Part shown: piece by piece, positions 19,754-29,619 of the stretch
Layout of the letters: each line of letters opens with the position of its first letter
Position numbering within the stretch: position 1 is the first letter of the stretch
From: an uncultured Alphaproteobacteria bacterium
Lineage (GTDB): Bacteria > Pseudomonadota > Alphaproteobacteria > Rhizobiales > Hyphomicrobiaceae
DNA length: 64,000 nucleotides
Assembly: GCA_963741505.1 (NCBI GenBank)
Contig: CAVUIJ010000008.1
Location: forward strand, 17,114-81,113
Direction of reading: 5' to 3'
Translations under genes and position numbers: made by a program
The notes under the pieces: generated by a model
What the model was told of the DNA's origin: nothing
The model's database searches: none
The model's input: only the letters and a program-made list of their open reading frames with translations

Positions 19754-21439
19754 ATGGCGAAGAAGACATCGACCGGCTCGAACAACGGCGACACGCCAGC
19801 GGCACCAGCGGCGGCAAAGCCCTACGTCGTGCTGGCACGCAAATACCGCCCAGAGACCTTCGACGACCTGATCGGCCAGCAGGCGATGGTCAAGACGCTC
19901 GAGAACGCGTTCGCGGCCGATCGCATCGCGCAAGGCTACATGCTGACCGGGGTGCGCGGCGTCGGCAAGACCACTACGGCTCGCATTCTGGCGCGTGCGC
20001 TCAATTATTCGAAACCGGGTCTGCCCGACCGCCCGACCGTCAAGATGGACGGCTATGGTCAGCATTGCGCTGAGATCATAGCCTCGCGCCACCCGGACGT
20101 GGTCGAGATGGACGCCGCCTCGAACACCGGCGTCGACAACATGCGCGAGATCATCGAGAGCGCGCGCTACAAGCCGCTCGTCGCGCGCATCAAGGTCTTC
20201 ATCATCGACGAAGTCCATATGCTGTCGAAGGGCGCGTTCAATGCGCTGCTGAAGACGCTCGAGGAACCACCGGCGCATGTGAAGTTCATTTTCGCGACCA
20301 CCGAGATCCGCAAGGTGCCGGTGACGGTGCTGTCGCGCTGCCAGCGCTTCGACCTGCGCCGCGTCGAGGTGCCGGAATTGTCGAAGCACTTCGCCCGCAT
20401 CACCAAGGCGGAAGGCGCCACCGCCGAGCCCGAGGCGCTGAACCTCATCGCGCGCGCCGCGGAAGGCTCGGTGCGCGACGGCCTGTCGATCCTCGACCAG
20501 GCGATCGCCATGGGCTCCGGCAAGGTTACCTCCGAGTCGGTGCGGGCGATGCTCGGCCTCGCCGACCGCAGCCGCATTCTCGATCTGCTCGACGATCTGG
20601 TGTCGGGGCGCACGGCGTCGGCGCTGGAGCGGTTTGCGAGCCTGCATCTGGCGGGCGCCGAGCCGGTGCAGGTGCTGGCCGATCTCGCCGATGCGGTGCA
20701 CGTCACTACCCGCATGAAGGTGGCCGGCGACGCCGGTGCCGGCGAAGCGCTGTCGACCGACGAGAAGGCGCGGTCAGGCACGCTTGCTCAATCGCTGTCG
20801 CTTAACCTGCTCAGTCGGGTCTGGCAGATGCTGCTGAAGGGCCTCGAGGAAGCCGGCCGCGCGCCGAGCCCGCTGGCCGCGACCGAGATGGTACTGATCC
20901 GCATCTGTCATACCGCCGATCTACCAACGCCGGACGAGCTCATCCGCACCCTTGGCGGCGCTGTGCCGGTGCCGCGCGGGGCGGGGGGTGGTGCCACCGA
21001 GCGCGAGGCACCCGAGCCGCGGGCGCCGTTGAACGCAATGCCGGCCGCCGCCGATGACGGTCCGAAGTCCTTTGCCGACGTGGTTGATCTCGCCGGCGCC
21101 AGGCGCGACGCCAAGCTCAAGCTGCATCTGGAGGACCACGTCAGCCTGTTGAAGTTCGAAGCGGGGCATATCGAGGTGAGCCTGCTGCCGGGCGCGCCTG
21201 CCGGCCTCGTCGGTGAGCTTGGCGAAAAGCTCAGCAAATGGACGGGCAGGCGCTGGGTGGTCTCGATCGGCCGCGGTCACGGAGCGCCGCCGCTGGGCGA
21301 TGTCCGCCGCGCGGCGCAGGCCGCCGAGATCGAGCGCGTCAAGGCCGATCCGGCGCTGGCTGCCATTCTCGCTGCCTTCCCAGAGGCCGAGATCAAGGCA
21401 GTGCGGCCGGTCAAATCCGGATCGAAGCGTGGCGAGTGA
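19754..21439 (+). CDS. dnaX: DNA polymerase III subunits gamma/tau
   Basis: YRPETFDDLIGQ...GVRGVGKTTTARILA...IIDEVHML...SRCQRF. Confidence 0.95.
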   Translation: MAKKTSTGSNNGDTPAAPAAAKPYVVLARKYRPETFDDLIGQQAMVKTLENAFAADRIAQGYMLTGVRGVGKTTTARILARALNYSKPGLPDRPTVKMDGYGQHCAEIIASRHPDVVEMDAASNTGVDNMREIIESARYKPLVARIKVFIIDEVHMLSKGAFNALLKTLEEPPAHVKFIFATTEIRKVPVTVLSRCQRFDLRRVEVPELSKHFARITKAEGATAEPEALNLIARAAEGSVRDGLSILDQAIAMGSGKVTSESVRAMLGLADRSRILDLLDDLVSGRTASALERFASLHLAGAEPVQVLADLADAVHVTTRMKVAGDAGAGEALSTDEKARSGTLAQSLSLNLLSRVWQMLLKGLEEAGRAPSPLAATEMVLIRICHTADLPTPDELIRTLGGAVPVPRGAGGGATEREAPEPRAPLNAMPAAADDGPKSFADVVDLAGARRDAKLKLHLEDHVSLLKFEAGHIEVSLLPGAPAGLVGELGEKLSKWTGRRWVVSIGRGHGAPPLGDVRRAAQAAEIERVKADPALAAILAAFPEAEIKAVRPVKSGSKRGE

Positions 21440-21473
21440 GCTGCGCACAATCTCTTCAAGGAGGAATTGAGCC

Positions 21474-21794
21474 GTGAAAGACATCATGGGCATGATGAAG
21501 CAGCTCGGCCAGATGCAGAGCCGCATGCAGGCGATGCAGGACGAGTTGGCGCAGATCGAGATCGCCGGCCAGTCGGGCGGCGGCCTGGTCATGGTCACGC
21601 TCGACGGCAAGGCCAGCCTGAAGCGTATCAAGATCGACCCGTCGCTGATGCAGGCGGACGAGGTCGAGATCCTGGAAGATCTGATCATCGCCGCCTTCCA
21701 GGACGCCAAGGTCAAGGTCGAGGCGACGCTCGCCGAGAAGATGCAGGCGGTAACCGGCGGGCTGCCGCTGCCGCCGGGTCTGAAGCTGTTTTGA
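21474..21794 (+). CDS. ybaB: YbaB/EbfC-family nucleoid-associated protein
   Basis: [43 protein letters not shown] start. Confidence 0.9.
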   Translation: MKDIMGMMKQLGQMQSRMQAMQDELAQIEIAGQSGGGLVMVTLDGKASLKRIKIDPSLMQADEVEILEDLIIAAFQDAKVKVEATLAEKMQAVTGGLPLPPGLKLF

Positions 21795-21805
21795 TCCGAA
21801 GCATC

Positions 21806-21886
21806 CGTAGGGCGGATTAGCGCAGCGTAATCCGCCACTTCACCCCAGGCCGCAAATGGCGGATTGCGCGAAGTCGCTAATCCGTC
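21806..21886. repeat. two REP-type hairpins between ybaB and recR
   Basis: ggcggattagcgcagcgtaatccgcc (21811-21836) and ggcggattgcgcgaagtcgctaatccgtcc (21858-21886). Confidence 0.7.
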
Positions 21887-21911
21887 CCGCAAAATCGATG
21901 CAGTACTTCGC

Positions 21912-22529
21912 ATGAGCAAGAAGACCGCCGGGCCTGAGATCGAGCGGCTGATCCAGCTGCTGTCGCGTCTGCCGGGACTGGGCCCCCGCTCGGGCCGCAA
22001 GGCCGCGCTGGCGCTGCTGAAGCGGCGGCAGGATCTGCTGGTGCCGCTGGCTCAGGCACTCGCCATTGCCGCCGAAAAACTCGTAGAGTGCCCGACCTGC
22101 GGCAACATCGATACCGTGTCGCCCTGCACCATCTGCCAGGACCCGCGCCGCGATCCGGCGCTGATCGTGGTCGTCGAGGAGATCGGCGATCTGTGGGCGC
22201 TGGAGCGGGCCGGCGTCGTCACCGCGCGCTATCACGTGCTCGGCGGTCACCTGTCGCCGCTCGACGGCGTTGGCCCCGAGCGCCTCAACATCGCGAGCCT
22301 GCTGACGCGGGCGGCTGCCGGCGAGGTGAAGGAGGTGCTGCTCGCCCTCAACGCCACCGTCGAAGGCCAGTCGACCGCGCACTACGTCATGGAGCAGCTG
22401 GAAACTGTCGCCGGCGATCGCCCGCTGACGGTGTCGCGGCTCGCCCAGGGCGTGCCGATCGGCGGCGAACTCGATTACCTCGACGAAGGCACGCTGGCAG
22501 CGGCGATCAAGGCCCGCCGGAAAATCTGA
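21912..22529 (+). CDS. recR: recombination protein RecR
   Basis: [20 protein letters not shown], zinc finger [16 protein letters not shown], then a Toprim domain. Start taken at MSKKTAGPE. Confidence 0.9.
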   Translation: MSKKTAGPEIERLIQLLSRLPGLGPRSGRKAALALLKRRQDLLVPLAQALAIAAEKLVECPTCGNIDTVSPCTICQDPRRDPALIVVVEEIGDLWALERAGVVTARYHVLGGHLSPLDGVGPERLNIASLLTRAAAGEVKEVLLALNATVEGQSTAHYVMEQLETVAGDRPLTVSRLAQGVPIGGELDYLDEGTLAAAIKARRKI

Positions 22530-22592
22530 TGCGATACTAACGGCATGATATCGGCGGCCAGGAAGCGTTGTCTGGACCGAGCGAGCGACGTT

Positions 22593-24155
22593 TCACCTGC
22601 TCACGTATCGCGGCTTTGGTGGGGTCATGACATAGATCAGATGGTGGGTGGGGCCGGTCATGCCGGCGAACGAGTGTTGGATCGTGGTCGGGATCTCCAT
22701 CGTGCCGGCATGGCTGAACTGGCGCGCGGCGGCAAGACACCATGCCTCTCCGGCGCCGCAGATCGCCAGCAACCCCTCGCGTTCGATCCGTTGCGGCGTG
22801 ACCCATGGCGCCTCTCCGGAGGAGAAATGAGTGAATTCGGCCGGGCTGTCTGGACCGTAGAACGGCTGGGCGAGCGAATACTTCTCGCTGCCGGTGACGA
22901 TGCGCACCGGCGAGCCGAACGATTGCTGCCATACGCGGGCGGCGTCCCGGGCGGCGAAAGGCGATATATCGACAGTGCCTTTGAGCTGGAAATAGAAGCA
23001 TGCATAGGCAATGGCCGGCGATACCAGCACTGCACCAACTAGAAACACGACGACGGCGCGCAGCACGCCGCGCATCGCGTCGCGCGTGATCGCCGGCTCG
23101 AGCGCCAGCATGATGACGAGCGGCAACATGTAGAAGGCGGGAATGAGGAAATTGACCGCGACCTTCACGTAGCCGGCGGCGCCGAACAGGATCGTCAGCA
23201 CGAACGGTCCGCTGGCGAGGACCATGATCCACCAGTGCTCGCGGGCGATGAGCTTGCGCCATAGTCCGCTGAGGATGGCCGGCCGCCGCCAGCGGATCGC
23301 CGCCACCAGGATGACGGCTGCGACCATGTTCATGGCGAGACTGGCGATGGCGGTGGTGACCGCCTTGTGGAAATTGTACCACCACGGCTGGCCGGTCTTG
23401 CCCAGTGCATATCTCACCGGCGGCAGATCGTTGGCGATTGCCCACCGGGCGTGCGGTATGAGCAGCAGCGCGGCGACCGCGATCGCGACGTAGGGCGCCG
23501 GCGATCTGTAGTAGCGGCGAACCTCGGGATGGAGCAGGCTCGCAACGAAACAGGTGGCCAGCAGCAGGATCGAATAGTACTTGGCAAGCAGTCCGGCGGC
23601 GGCAAGGACGCCGAAAGCAGTTCCTGCCACCACCGTTCGGGTCTCGATCGAGCGCACGAAGGCATACGCCGTCCATGGCCACAGCGACAGCAGCACGGTA
23701 TTGGCGTTGAAGTTCGACGCCATGTAATTGTAGTACGGCATGAAGGTCAGCAGCAGCACCGCAAGCAACCGCGCTTCGACCTTGAGGAACCGGCGGGCCA
23801 ACGCCCAGATGCCGGCAAAGCCGACGCCGACATTGATTGCCGACAGCAGGTAGTAGGCCCAGTCGGTCCTCGGGAAAACGTAGAACCAAATGCCGACGAT
23901 CCAGGAATAGAACGGCGGATGCTTATAGTATCCGAGCTGCCATTGCTGGCCCCAGGCATACGTCTCCAGCATGTCGTCCCACAGCGCACCGGGAGCGCGC
24001 GAAATCGCCGGCACCAGCGTCCATGCGATCGTGTGGGCGACGAGGAACAGCAGCAGCAGACGCATTTCATCCATGCCGACCAGCCGCGACAATCCTTCGC
24101 CGAGGCGGTGGCCGAGTGTCGGCCGGGCCGTGATCGAGGGTTGATTGAACGTCAT
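22593..24155 (-). CDS. glycosyltransferase family 39 (ArnT/PMT-like) membrane protein
   Basis: VAHTIAWTLVPAISRAPGALWDDMLETYAWGQQWQLGYYKHPPFYSWIVG, multi-TM. Start at ATG 24155 (MTFNQPS). Confidence 0.8.
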   Translation of the reverse strand: MTFNQPSITARPTLGHRLGEGLSRLVGMDEMRLLLLFLVAHTIAWTLVPAISRAPGALWDDMLETYAWGQQWQLGYYKHPPFYSWIVGIWFYVFPRTDWAYYLLSAINVGVGFAGIWALARRFLKVEARLLAVLLLTFMPYYNYMASNFNANTVLLSLWPWTAYAFVRSIETRTVVAGTAFGVLAAAGLLAKYYSILLLATCFVASLLHPEVRRYYRSPAPYVAIAVAALLLIPHARWAIANDLPPVRYALGKTGQPWWYNFHKAVTTAIASLAMNMVAAVILVAAIRWRRPAILSGLWRKLIAREHWWIMVLASGPFVLTILFGAAGYVKVAVNFLIPAFYMLPLVIMLALEPAITRDAMRGVLRAVVVFLVGAVLVSPAIAYACFYFQLKGTVDISPFAARDAARVWQQSFGSPVRIVTGSEKYSLAQPFYGPDSPAEFTHFSSGEAPWVTPQRIEREGLLAICGAGEAWCLAAARQFSHAGTMEIPTTIQHSFAGMTGPTHHLIYVMTPPKPRYVSR

Positions 24156-24310
24156 GTCGGCTTGGGCGGGGCCTGATTGTTTGCTGTCGGCGGCTTGGGT
24201 TGGCAGCCGATCGTGGCGTTTCTGCGCTGGCGGTGCTGCCTTCGACAACCCGCGGTAGAGCATCATTTCATTTGCTTGGGCATGCAAGCAACCTTGCTGT
24301 GCGAGCAAAG

Positions 24311-25573
24311 TTATTGGCGCAACTTCTCGATCAGTTCGGCGGTGGGGTAGCTGTCGGCCGGCAGGCCGAACTTCATCTGCGCCGCCTTGATTGCGGCCCG
24401 GGACCCAGCCCCAAGCTTGCCATCCGGCTCTCCGGCCGGGAATCCGCGCTTGTTGAGGAGCGACTGCAATTCGACAATCTGATTGTGCACCAGCGTTGGG
24501 ATCGGACCGCGGCCGCGGCTCATCGCGGGGGCGCCGCCGATGCGGGTCGCAAGATAGGCAGCGGTCACCGCGTAGTTCAGCGACTGGTTCCATTTCAGAT
24601 AGGCCTGGAAGTTGCCATAGGCCAGGAATGCCGGGCCATTACGGCCCATCGGCAAGACCAGCGAGGCGGCCGTCTGGTCGCCATCGAGCGGTTTACCTTC
24701 GGCTGCAGTGACACCCCATTTCGCCCATTGGCTGCGTGGCTGCTGGACGGCGAGATCGGCCTGATCCCAGGCGAGGCTTACCGGCACGCGCACTTCCTGC
24801 AGCCAGGGTTGGCCTCCCTCCCAGCCGAGGCTCTTGAGGAAGGCCGCCGTCGAGCCGATCACGTCGGCGGGGCTGCGCAGGAGGTTGCGCCGGCCGTCGC
24901 CATCCCAATCGACCGCGTGATTGAGATAGTGGCTGGGCAGAAATTGGGTCTGGCCGAGTTCGCCGGCCCAAGAGCCGATCATTTCGTCGGGTCGCAGATC
25001 GCCGCGCTCGACGATCTTCAGCGCCGCAAGCAGCTCGCCCCGGAACATCTCGGAACGGCGACAGTCGTAGGCGAGTGTCGCCAGCGAGCGCAGCACCGGC
25101 TTGTTGCCCATGCCGGATCCGAAATCGCTTTCCAGCGCCCAGAACGCGGTGATGACAGGGGCGGGGACCCCGAACTCCTTCTCCGCCCGTGCGAACAGCG
25201 CTTTGTGCTTGGCAATGTGCGCCAAGCCGTTCTGAATGCGATTGCGGGACGCGAGCTTGTCGGAGAAGTCGAGAAAGCTCTGGCCGAAAAACCGCTGGCC
25301 ACGATCGGTCCAGATGATGTTCTGGTCGAGCGTGAGATAGGGCGCCGCTGCCGACCAGGTGCCAGCGGAGATGCCCTGCGCCGTGGCGTCCTTCTTGAAG
25401 CCTTCGAGCCAGCGGCCGAAGTCGCCGGTGTTCCTGCAGGTTGCGGCCTGGGTTGTTGCCGTCACCTGCGGCTTCGGCTGGGCAGCGGGCGGCCGTGTCG
25501 TCTGGGCACTCGCGCTCGCGGCAATCGCCGCCGCAGCCGAGGCGGCAAGTGCTGTCAGTGCCGGTCGTCGCAT
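24311..25573 (-). CDS. lytic murein transglycosylase (MltB-like) with C-terminal peptidoglycan-binding domain
   Basis: Signal MRRPALTALAASAAAAIAASASAQ, then WALESDFG, GELGQTQFLPS, and a C-terminal LQSLLNKRGFPAGEPDGKLG. Confidence 0.85.
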   Translation of the reverse strand: MRRPALTALAASAAAAIAASASAQTTRPPAAQPKPQVTATTQAATCRNTGDFGRWLEGFKKDATAQGISAGTWSAAAPYLTLDQNIIWTDRGQRFFGQSFLDFSDKLASRNRIQNGLAHIAKHKALFARAEKEFGVPAPVITAFWALESDFGSGMGNKPVLRSLATLAYDCRRSEMFRGELLAALKIVERGDLRPDEMIGSWAGELGQTQFLPSHYLNHAVDWDGDGRRNLLRSPADVIGSTAAFLKSLGWEGGQPWLQEVRVPVSLAWDQADLAVQQPRSQWAKWGVTAAEGKPLDGDQTAASLVLPMGRNGPAFLAYGNFQAYLKWNQSLNYAVTAAYLATRIGGAPAMSRGRGPIPTLVHNQIVELQSLLNKRGFPAGEPDGKLGAGSRAAIKAAQMKFGLPADSYPTAELIEKLRQ

Positions 25574-25655
25574 CGAAGGACCTGCCGATTTTGCGGGATA
25601 CATGTTCGCGGTCAAAGAGCCAGGGCGGCCACCAAAGTCAAGCCGAAAGGATGGG

Positions 25656-26948
25656 CTAGACTACGAGTTCCACCGTGTCGGTGGCGGTGTGGCCGAATAC
25701 GCGCTTGTAGCGCTCGATGGCCGCTCGCGGCCCCACCGCCTTGTTGAGGTTGTCGGAAAGCTTGACCGCCGGCTGGCCGTTGACAGCAACAACCTTGCAG
25801 ACGATCGAGAATGGATCGAGGCCACCGTGCGGGGCAAGGCCGCGAAAATCGTTGGTCAGCAGCGTGCCCCAGCCGAAACCAGTCCGCAGCCGCCCGGCAA
25901 AGTGCCGGTGGATGCGCTCGATGCTCTCGACGTCGAGAGCATCGGAAAAGATCGCGAGTTTTGTCGCCGGGTCCTGGCCGCGTGATTGCCACCAGCGGAT
26001 CGCGGTTTCGCCGCCCTCGATCGGATCGCCGCTGTCGATGCGGATGCCGGTCCAGTTCGCGAGCCATTCCGGCGCGTGAGCAAGAAAGCCTTCGGTGCCG
26101 TAGGTATCCGGCAGGATGATGCGCAGGTTGCCTTCGTAGTCCTCCTGCCAGTCGGCCAGCACGCGATAGGGCGCCATGGCCAGCGCCGCATCGTCTTCGG
26201 CCAGCGCCGAATAGACCATCGGCAACTCGTGCGCATTGGTGCCGATCGCCTCGACCTCGCGGCGCATCGCGATCAGGCAATTGGAGGTGCCGAGGAAAGC
26301 CGGCCCAAGCCCCTCGATCATCGCCTGCACGCACCAGTCCTGCCACAGGAAGCCATGCCTGCGGCGGCTGCCGAAGTCGGCGATACGCAGGGCTTCGAGC
26401 CGGCGCAGGCGCTCGATCTTCTCCCACACCCGGGTCATCGCCCGCGCATAGAGAACCTGCAGCTCGAACTTGCCGAGGCCGCGCAGCACCGCGCGCGAGC
26501 GCAGCTCCATGATCACGGCGAGCGCCGGGATCTCCCACATCGTGGTTTCGATCCATGGCCCGTCGAACGTGAGCTCGTACTGCTCGCCGACGCGCTCGAG
26601 ATGGTAGGCGGGAAAGCGGAACCCTTCGAGCCACGTCATGAAGTCCGACGAGAACATCTGTCGCTTGCCATAGAACGTATTGCCGCGCAGCCAGGTGCTC
26701 TCGCCGCGGGTCAGGCTAAGCGAGCGGATATGATCGAGTTGCTCGCGCAGCTCGCCGATGTCGATCAGCTTGGCAATCGGCACGTCAGTGGAGCGGTTGA
26801 TGATGCCGAAGGTGACCTGAGTGTGCGGCAGGCGCCGGAAAATCGTCTGCGCCATCAGCAGCTTATAGAAATCCGTGTCGATCACAGACCGGACGATCGG
26901 ATCAATCTTCCAGGTGTGATTGTAGACGCGGGCGGCAAGGTCGGTCAC
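25656..26948 (-). CDS. pncB: nicotinate phosphoribosyltransferase
   Basis: [22 protein letters not shown]...ADFGSRRRH, 430 aa. Confidence 0.9.
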   Translation of the reverse strand: MTDLAARVYNHTWKIDPIVRSVIDTDFYKLLMAQTIFRRLPHTQVTFGIINRSTDVPIAKLIDIGELREQLDHIRSLSLTRGESTWLRGNTFYGKRQMFSSDFMTWLEGFRFPAYHLERVGEQYELTFDGPWIETTMWEIPALAVIMELRSRAVLRGLGKFELQVLYARAMTRVWEKIERLRRLEALRIADFGSRRRHGFLWQDWCVQAMIEGLGPAFLGTSNCLIAMRREVEAIGTNAHELPMVYSALAEDDAALAMAPYRVLADWQEDYEGNLRIILPDTYGTEGFLAHAPEWLANWTGIRIDSGDPIEGGETAIRWWQSRGQDPATKLAIFSDALDVESIERIHRHFAGRLRTGFGWGTLLTNDFRGLAPHGGLDPFSIVCKVVAVNGQPAVKLSDNLNKAVGPRAAIERYKRVFGHTATDTVELVV

Positions 26949-27042
26949 GGCTCACTCCAGATGGTGCCGCCGGTCGGGCTAGCCCCCGAGCCTATGTCCT
27001 CGCCGAAGTGAGGCCAAGGGGGCAATCTGCAGGTCGCGCATA

Positions 27043-27070
27043 CGAAAAGGGCCACCCTTGAGGGCGGCCC
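27043..27070 (-). terminator. rho-independent terminator (minus-strand direction)
   Basis: The minus-strand RNA GGGCCGCCC-UCAA-GGGUGGCCC is followed by UUUUCG. Read on the plus strand the stem has an A.C mismatch and no U-tail. Confidence 0.6.
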
Positions 27071-27129
27071 TTCGTGAGATCAGCGGCCGGACGTGCAGGA
27101 AGCCTGCATCAGGCTCGTCTTGCGTCGCA

Positions 27130-27210
27130 TCAGGCGGAGCGCGGAGGCGGCTCCAGCGTCGCCTTGATGAACGTGAGCCTTACCGGCGTCATCCTCATCT
27201 CACTCGACAT
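27130..27210 (-). CDS. 26-codon small ORF with a strong Shine-Dalgarno
   Basis: AAGGAGGTGATCCA-ATG, encoding MSSEMRMTPVRLTFIKATLEPPPRSA. It lies between the DUF2877 stop and the terminator at 27043-27070. Coding status unproven. Confidence 0.3.
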   Translation of the reverse strand: MSSEMRMTPVRLTFIKATLEPPPRSA

Positions 27211-27302
27211 TGGATCACCTCCTTCCAGTTGTTAATTCCTGAGTTGAAGGCTGTCATATTCGCCCGATACTGACAAGTGCTGACGCGCCACGTTGCGTGG
27301 CG

Positions 27303-28151
27303 TTACGCCGGCAGGCAGCTGGCCTCGGCTGCGATCAGCATGCCGGCCAGAATGTCGAATCCGCTGCCATGGCCGAGACTGGCGAGCGGCGTAATGACGC
27401 TGGCAGGGGCGGCGCCATCGAGCAGGCCTGCGATGGCGCGGTGGACAGCGGCATTGGCTTCGCCGTCGCAGGCGGCCTCGAGGAATGCGCAGCTGAGCGG
27501 CGAGGTGAGGGCGCGCATGCGGCTGCGTACCGCGCTGCCGAGTGCGGTCGCGGTTTCTCCTCGGTCGAGCGCATGCAGCACGATCAGCGCGCCCGACAGC
27601 ACGTCGTCGCCGCTCGGCGTCAGGCCATGGCCGAGGCCGAGAAGGGACGCGACGGCAGGTGCGCAATCGAATCCGGCGCCACCGACGGCACTGCCGAGCA
27701 GTCGCAGGCCGTGCCGGGCGCGCTCGCCAAGGGGAGTGGCGGTGGCGGCCGCGGTGGTCAGGGCATGAATGATGCTTTCGGCGGGGGCCTCGCGCAGAGC
27801 CGCCCTTTTCAAGTCCTGCAGCATCGCCAGGTGCGCCGGCTTGGTCGACCATGCCGGTGCCTGCCAGCGCCGGGCAACGTCGAGACGGATCGTCGAGGCA
27901 TCAGGGAATTCGAGATATTCGCCGCGGCTGGCCGCCGCCGAGCCGACTGCGGGAGGCTGCAGTGTACCGGCGCGCAACAGAGCGTTGAGCGGCCCATCGC
28001 CGATGCTGGCGTCGCCGATGCAGACGAAGGCATCGCCAGAGCGCAGATAGAACGAACGCTCGAAGGTTGCGGCGACGGTCCAGTCGGCATGCGCGGCGAA
28101 CAATCGCGCCGCGCGCGCACCGATCGAGATCACGGTGATCTCACGCGTCAC
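27303..28151 (-). CDS. DUF2877 domain protein (E. coli YlbF/AllH-like)
   Basis: 282-aa ORF. Its start overlaps the fdrA stop. It is the third member of the conserved DUF1116-FdrA-DUF2877 trio. Confidence 0.7.
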   Translation of the reverse strand: MTREITVISIGARAARLFAAHADWTVAATFERSFYLRSGDAFVCIGDASIGDGPLNALLRAGTLQPPAVGSAAASRGEYLEFPDASTIRLDVARRWQAPAWSTKPAHLAMLQDLKRAALREAPAESIIHALTTAAATATPLGERARHGLRLLGSAVGGAGFDCAPAVASLLGLGHGLTPSGDDVLSGALIVLHALDRGETATALGSAVRSRMRALTSPLSCAFLEAACDGEANAAVHRAIAGLLDGAAPASVITPLASLGHGSGFDILAGMLIAAEASCLPA

Positions 28152-29619
28152 GGATCATTCCCGCTGCCAACTGGGCGGCGGCTGCATTTGATGGCGCGAC
28201 GATGATGCCGACTTGTTTGAGCTTGGCGACCTGAGCGGCGCGATGCTGCGGGTCGCCATCCGTGCCGGTGACGGAGGCGATGACTCGCCGGGCCAACCCT
28301 TCGGGCGGTCGCGGAGATTTCGCGGCCAAATGTCCGGCCGGGTCCATGTGGCCGCCGAAGCCCAGCACGCAGTCGAGCAGGATCGCGGCGACAGCCGGAT
28401 CAGCGAGTGCCGCAGCCAGCGGTTCGTCGCGCACCGCCGGCTCGATCATCGGATGCGGCCGGCCGCGCGTATACTCGTCGGCGCCGAGGTCGATCATGGC
28501 GTGCGCCTTCGACAGATCGCCGAGCGCCGACGCACCCGGCACCGGTGCGTTCGAGGCGACGGCAAGGCCGTTGGCGAGCGCCACCAATTGTGCTTCGGCG
28601 GCAAGAGTGCCGCCCGCGAACAGCCCGCGAATGACGCCTTTCCGCAGAGCCTTGATCCGCTCTTCTTTGTCGGCCGGTGTGACGCCTGTCGCGAACTTGG
28701 CAGCATCCGCGAGGGTGCGTGCTGCCAGCGCATTCTTCGGCGTCGCGCGCTCGGTGTCGCCCAAAAAGCAAATCGTGAACGGCTTCGAGCTCCGCCCCAC
28801 CCGTTCGAGCACCTTCACCGCGACTTCGGCAGCCGGCGGCTTCGAGACGATAACGATGTGCTTGGTCGCCGGATCGGCATCGAGCAGGTCGATCGCCATC
28901 AATGTGGTGATGCCGCCGACCTCGGCATTGAGATCGCGGCCGCCGGTGCCGATGGCGTGCGAAATGCCGCGCCCGGCCTGCGCGATCAGGCAGCTCACCT
29001 CCTGAATGCCGGTGCCGGACGCGCCGATGATGCCGATGTCGCCGCGCGGCACCACGTTGGCGAAGGCGAGCGGTGCGCCGCCGATGATCGCGGTGCCACA
29101 GTCGGGTCCCATGACGAGACGGCCCAGGTCGCGAGCTTCGCGCTTCAACTCGACCTCGTCGGCAACCGGCACATTGTCAGAAAAGATCATCACGTCGAGG
29201 CCGGCGCGGATCGCCTTGCGGGCTTCGGCGATGGCGAAGTCGCCGGGCACCGAGATCAAGGCGAGGTTGGCGGCGGGTGTCTCAGCGAGCGCCGATCGCA
29301 ACGTGCGCGGCTGCCAGGATTGCGCAGCCCCAGCGGCGGCACGCGGACGGTCCATCAGTTGCCGCACATGGGCCATCGCCGCGTCGGCGGCGGCAGCGGT
29401 TGTCGCTCGCAGCGCGATGACGATATCGCCGGGACCGGCGCTTTCGCCCTCTGGCCCCAGCACACCTGCATCGCGCAGGATTTCGAGATTGGCCGGGGTG
29501 CCGATCATCAGGCCGGCGACGTCGACGCCGTCGAGGGCCTGGACGCTGCGCGCAATCCGCATCAGCGCGACCGAGTCCTGATAGGCGCCGCGACGCACCT
29601 CGTTGCGGATGACGCTCAT
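28141..29619 (-). CDS. fdrA: FdrA family protein (succinyl-CoA-synthetase-alpha-like fold)
   Basis: MSVIRNEVRRGAYQDSVALMRI...VPGDFAIAEARKAIRAGLDVMIFSDNV...IGIIGASGTGIQE. ATGA overlap with the DUF1116 stop. Confidence 0.85.
   Translation of the reverse strand: MSVIRNEVRRGAYQDSVALMRIARSVQALDGVDVAGLMIGTPANLEILRDAGVLGPEGESAGPGDIVIALRATTAAAADAAMAHVRQLMDRPRAAAGAAQSWQPRTLRSALAETPAANLALISVPGDFAIAEARKAIRAGLDVMIFSDNVPVADEVELKREARDLGRLVMGPDCGTAIIGGAPLAFANVVPRGDIGIIGASGTGIQEVSCLIAQAGRGISHAIGTGGRDLNAEVGGITTLMAIDLLDADPATKHIVIVSKPPAAEVAVKVLERVGRSSKPFTICFLGDTERATPKNALAARTLADAAKFATGVTPADKEERIKALRKGVIRGLFAGGTLAAEAQLVALANGLAVASNAPVPGASALGDLSKAHAMIDLGADEYTRGRPHPMIEPAVRDEPLAAALADPAVAAILLDCVLGFGGHMDPAGHLAAKSPRPPEGLARRVIASVTGTDGDPQHRAAQVAKLKQVGIIVAPSNAAAAQLAAGMIRDA

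Noticed and set aside
19754-21439. Programmed ribosomal frameshift site in dnaX (gamma/tau)
   Set aside because: I saw no A AAA AAG-type slippery heptamer followed by a stem-loop in the middle of the gene. The ORF is continuous.
27058-27273. 71-aa plus-strand ORF between pncB and the DUF2877 gene
   Set aside because: It has no RBS and an Arg-rich composition. It overlaps the better-supported minus-strand sORF and the terminator.
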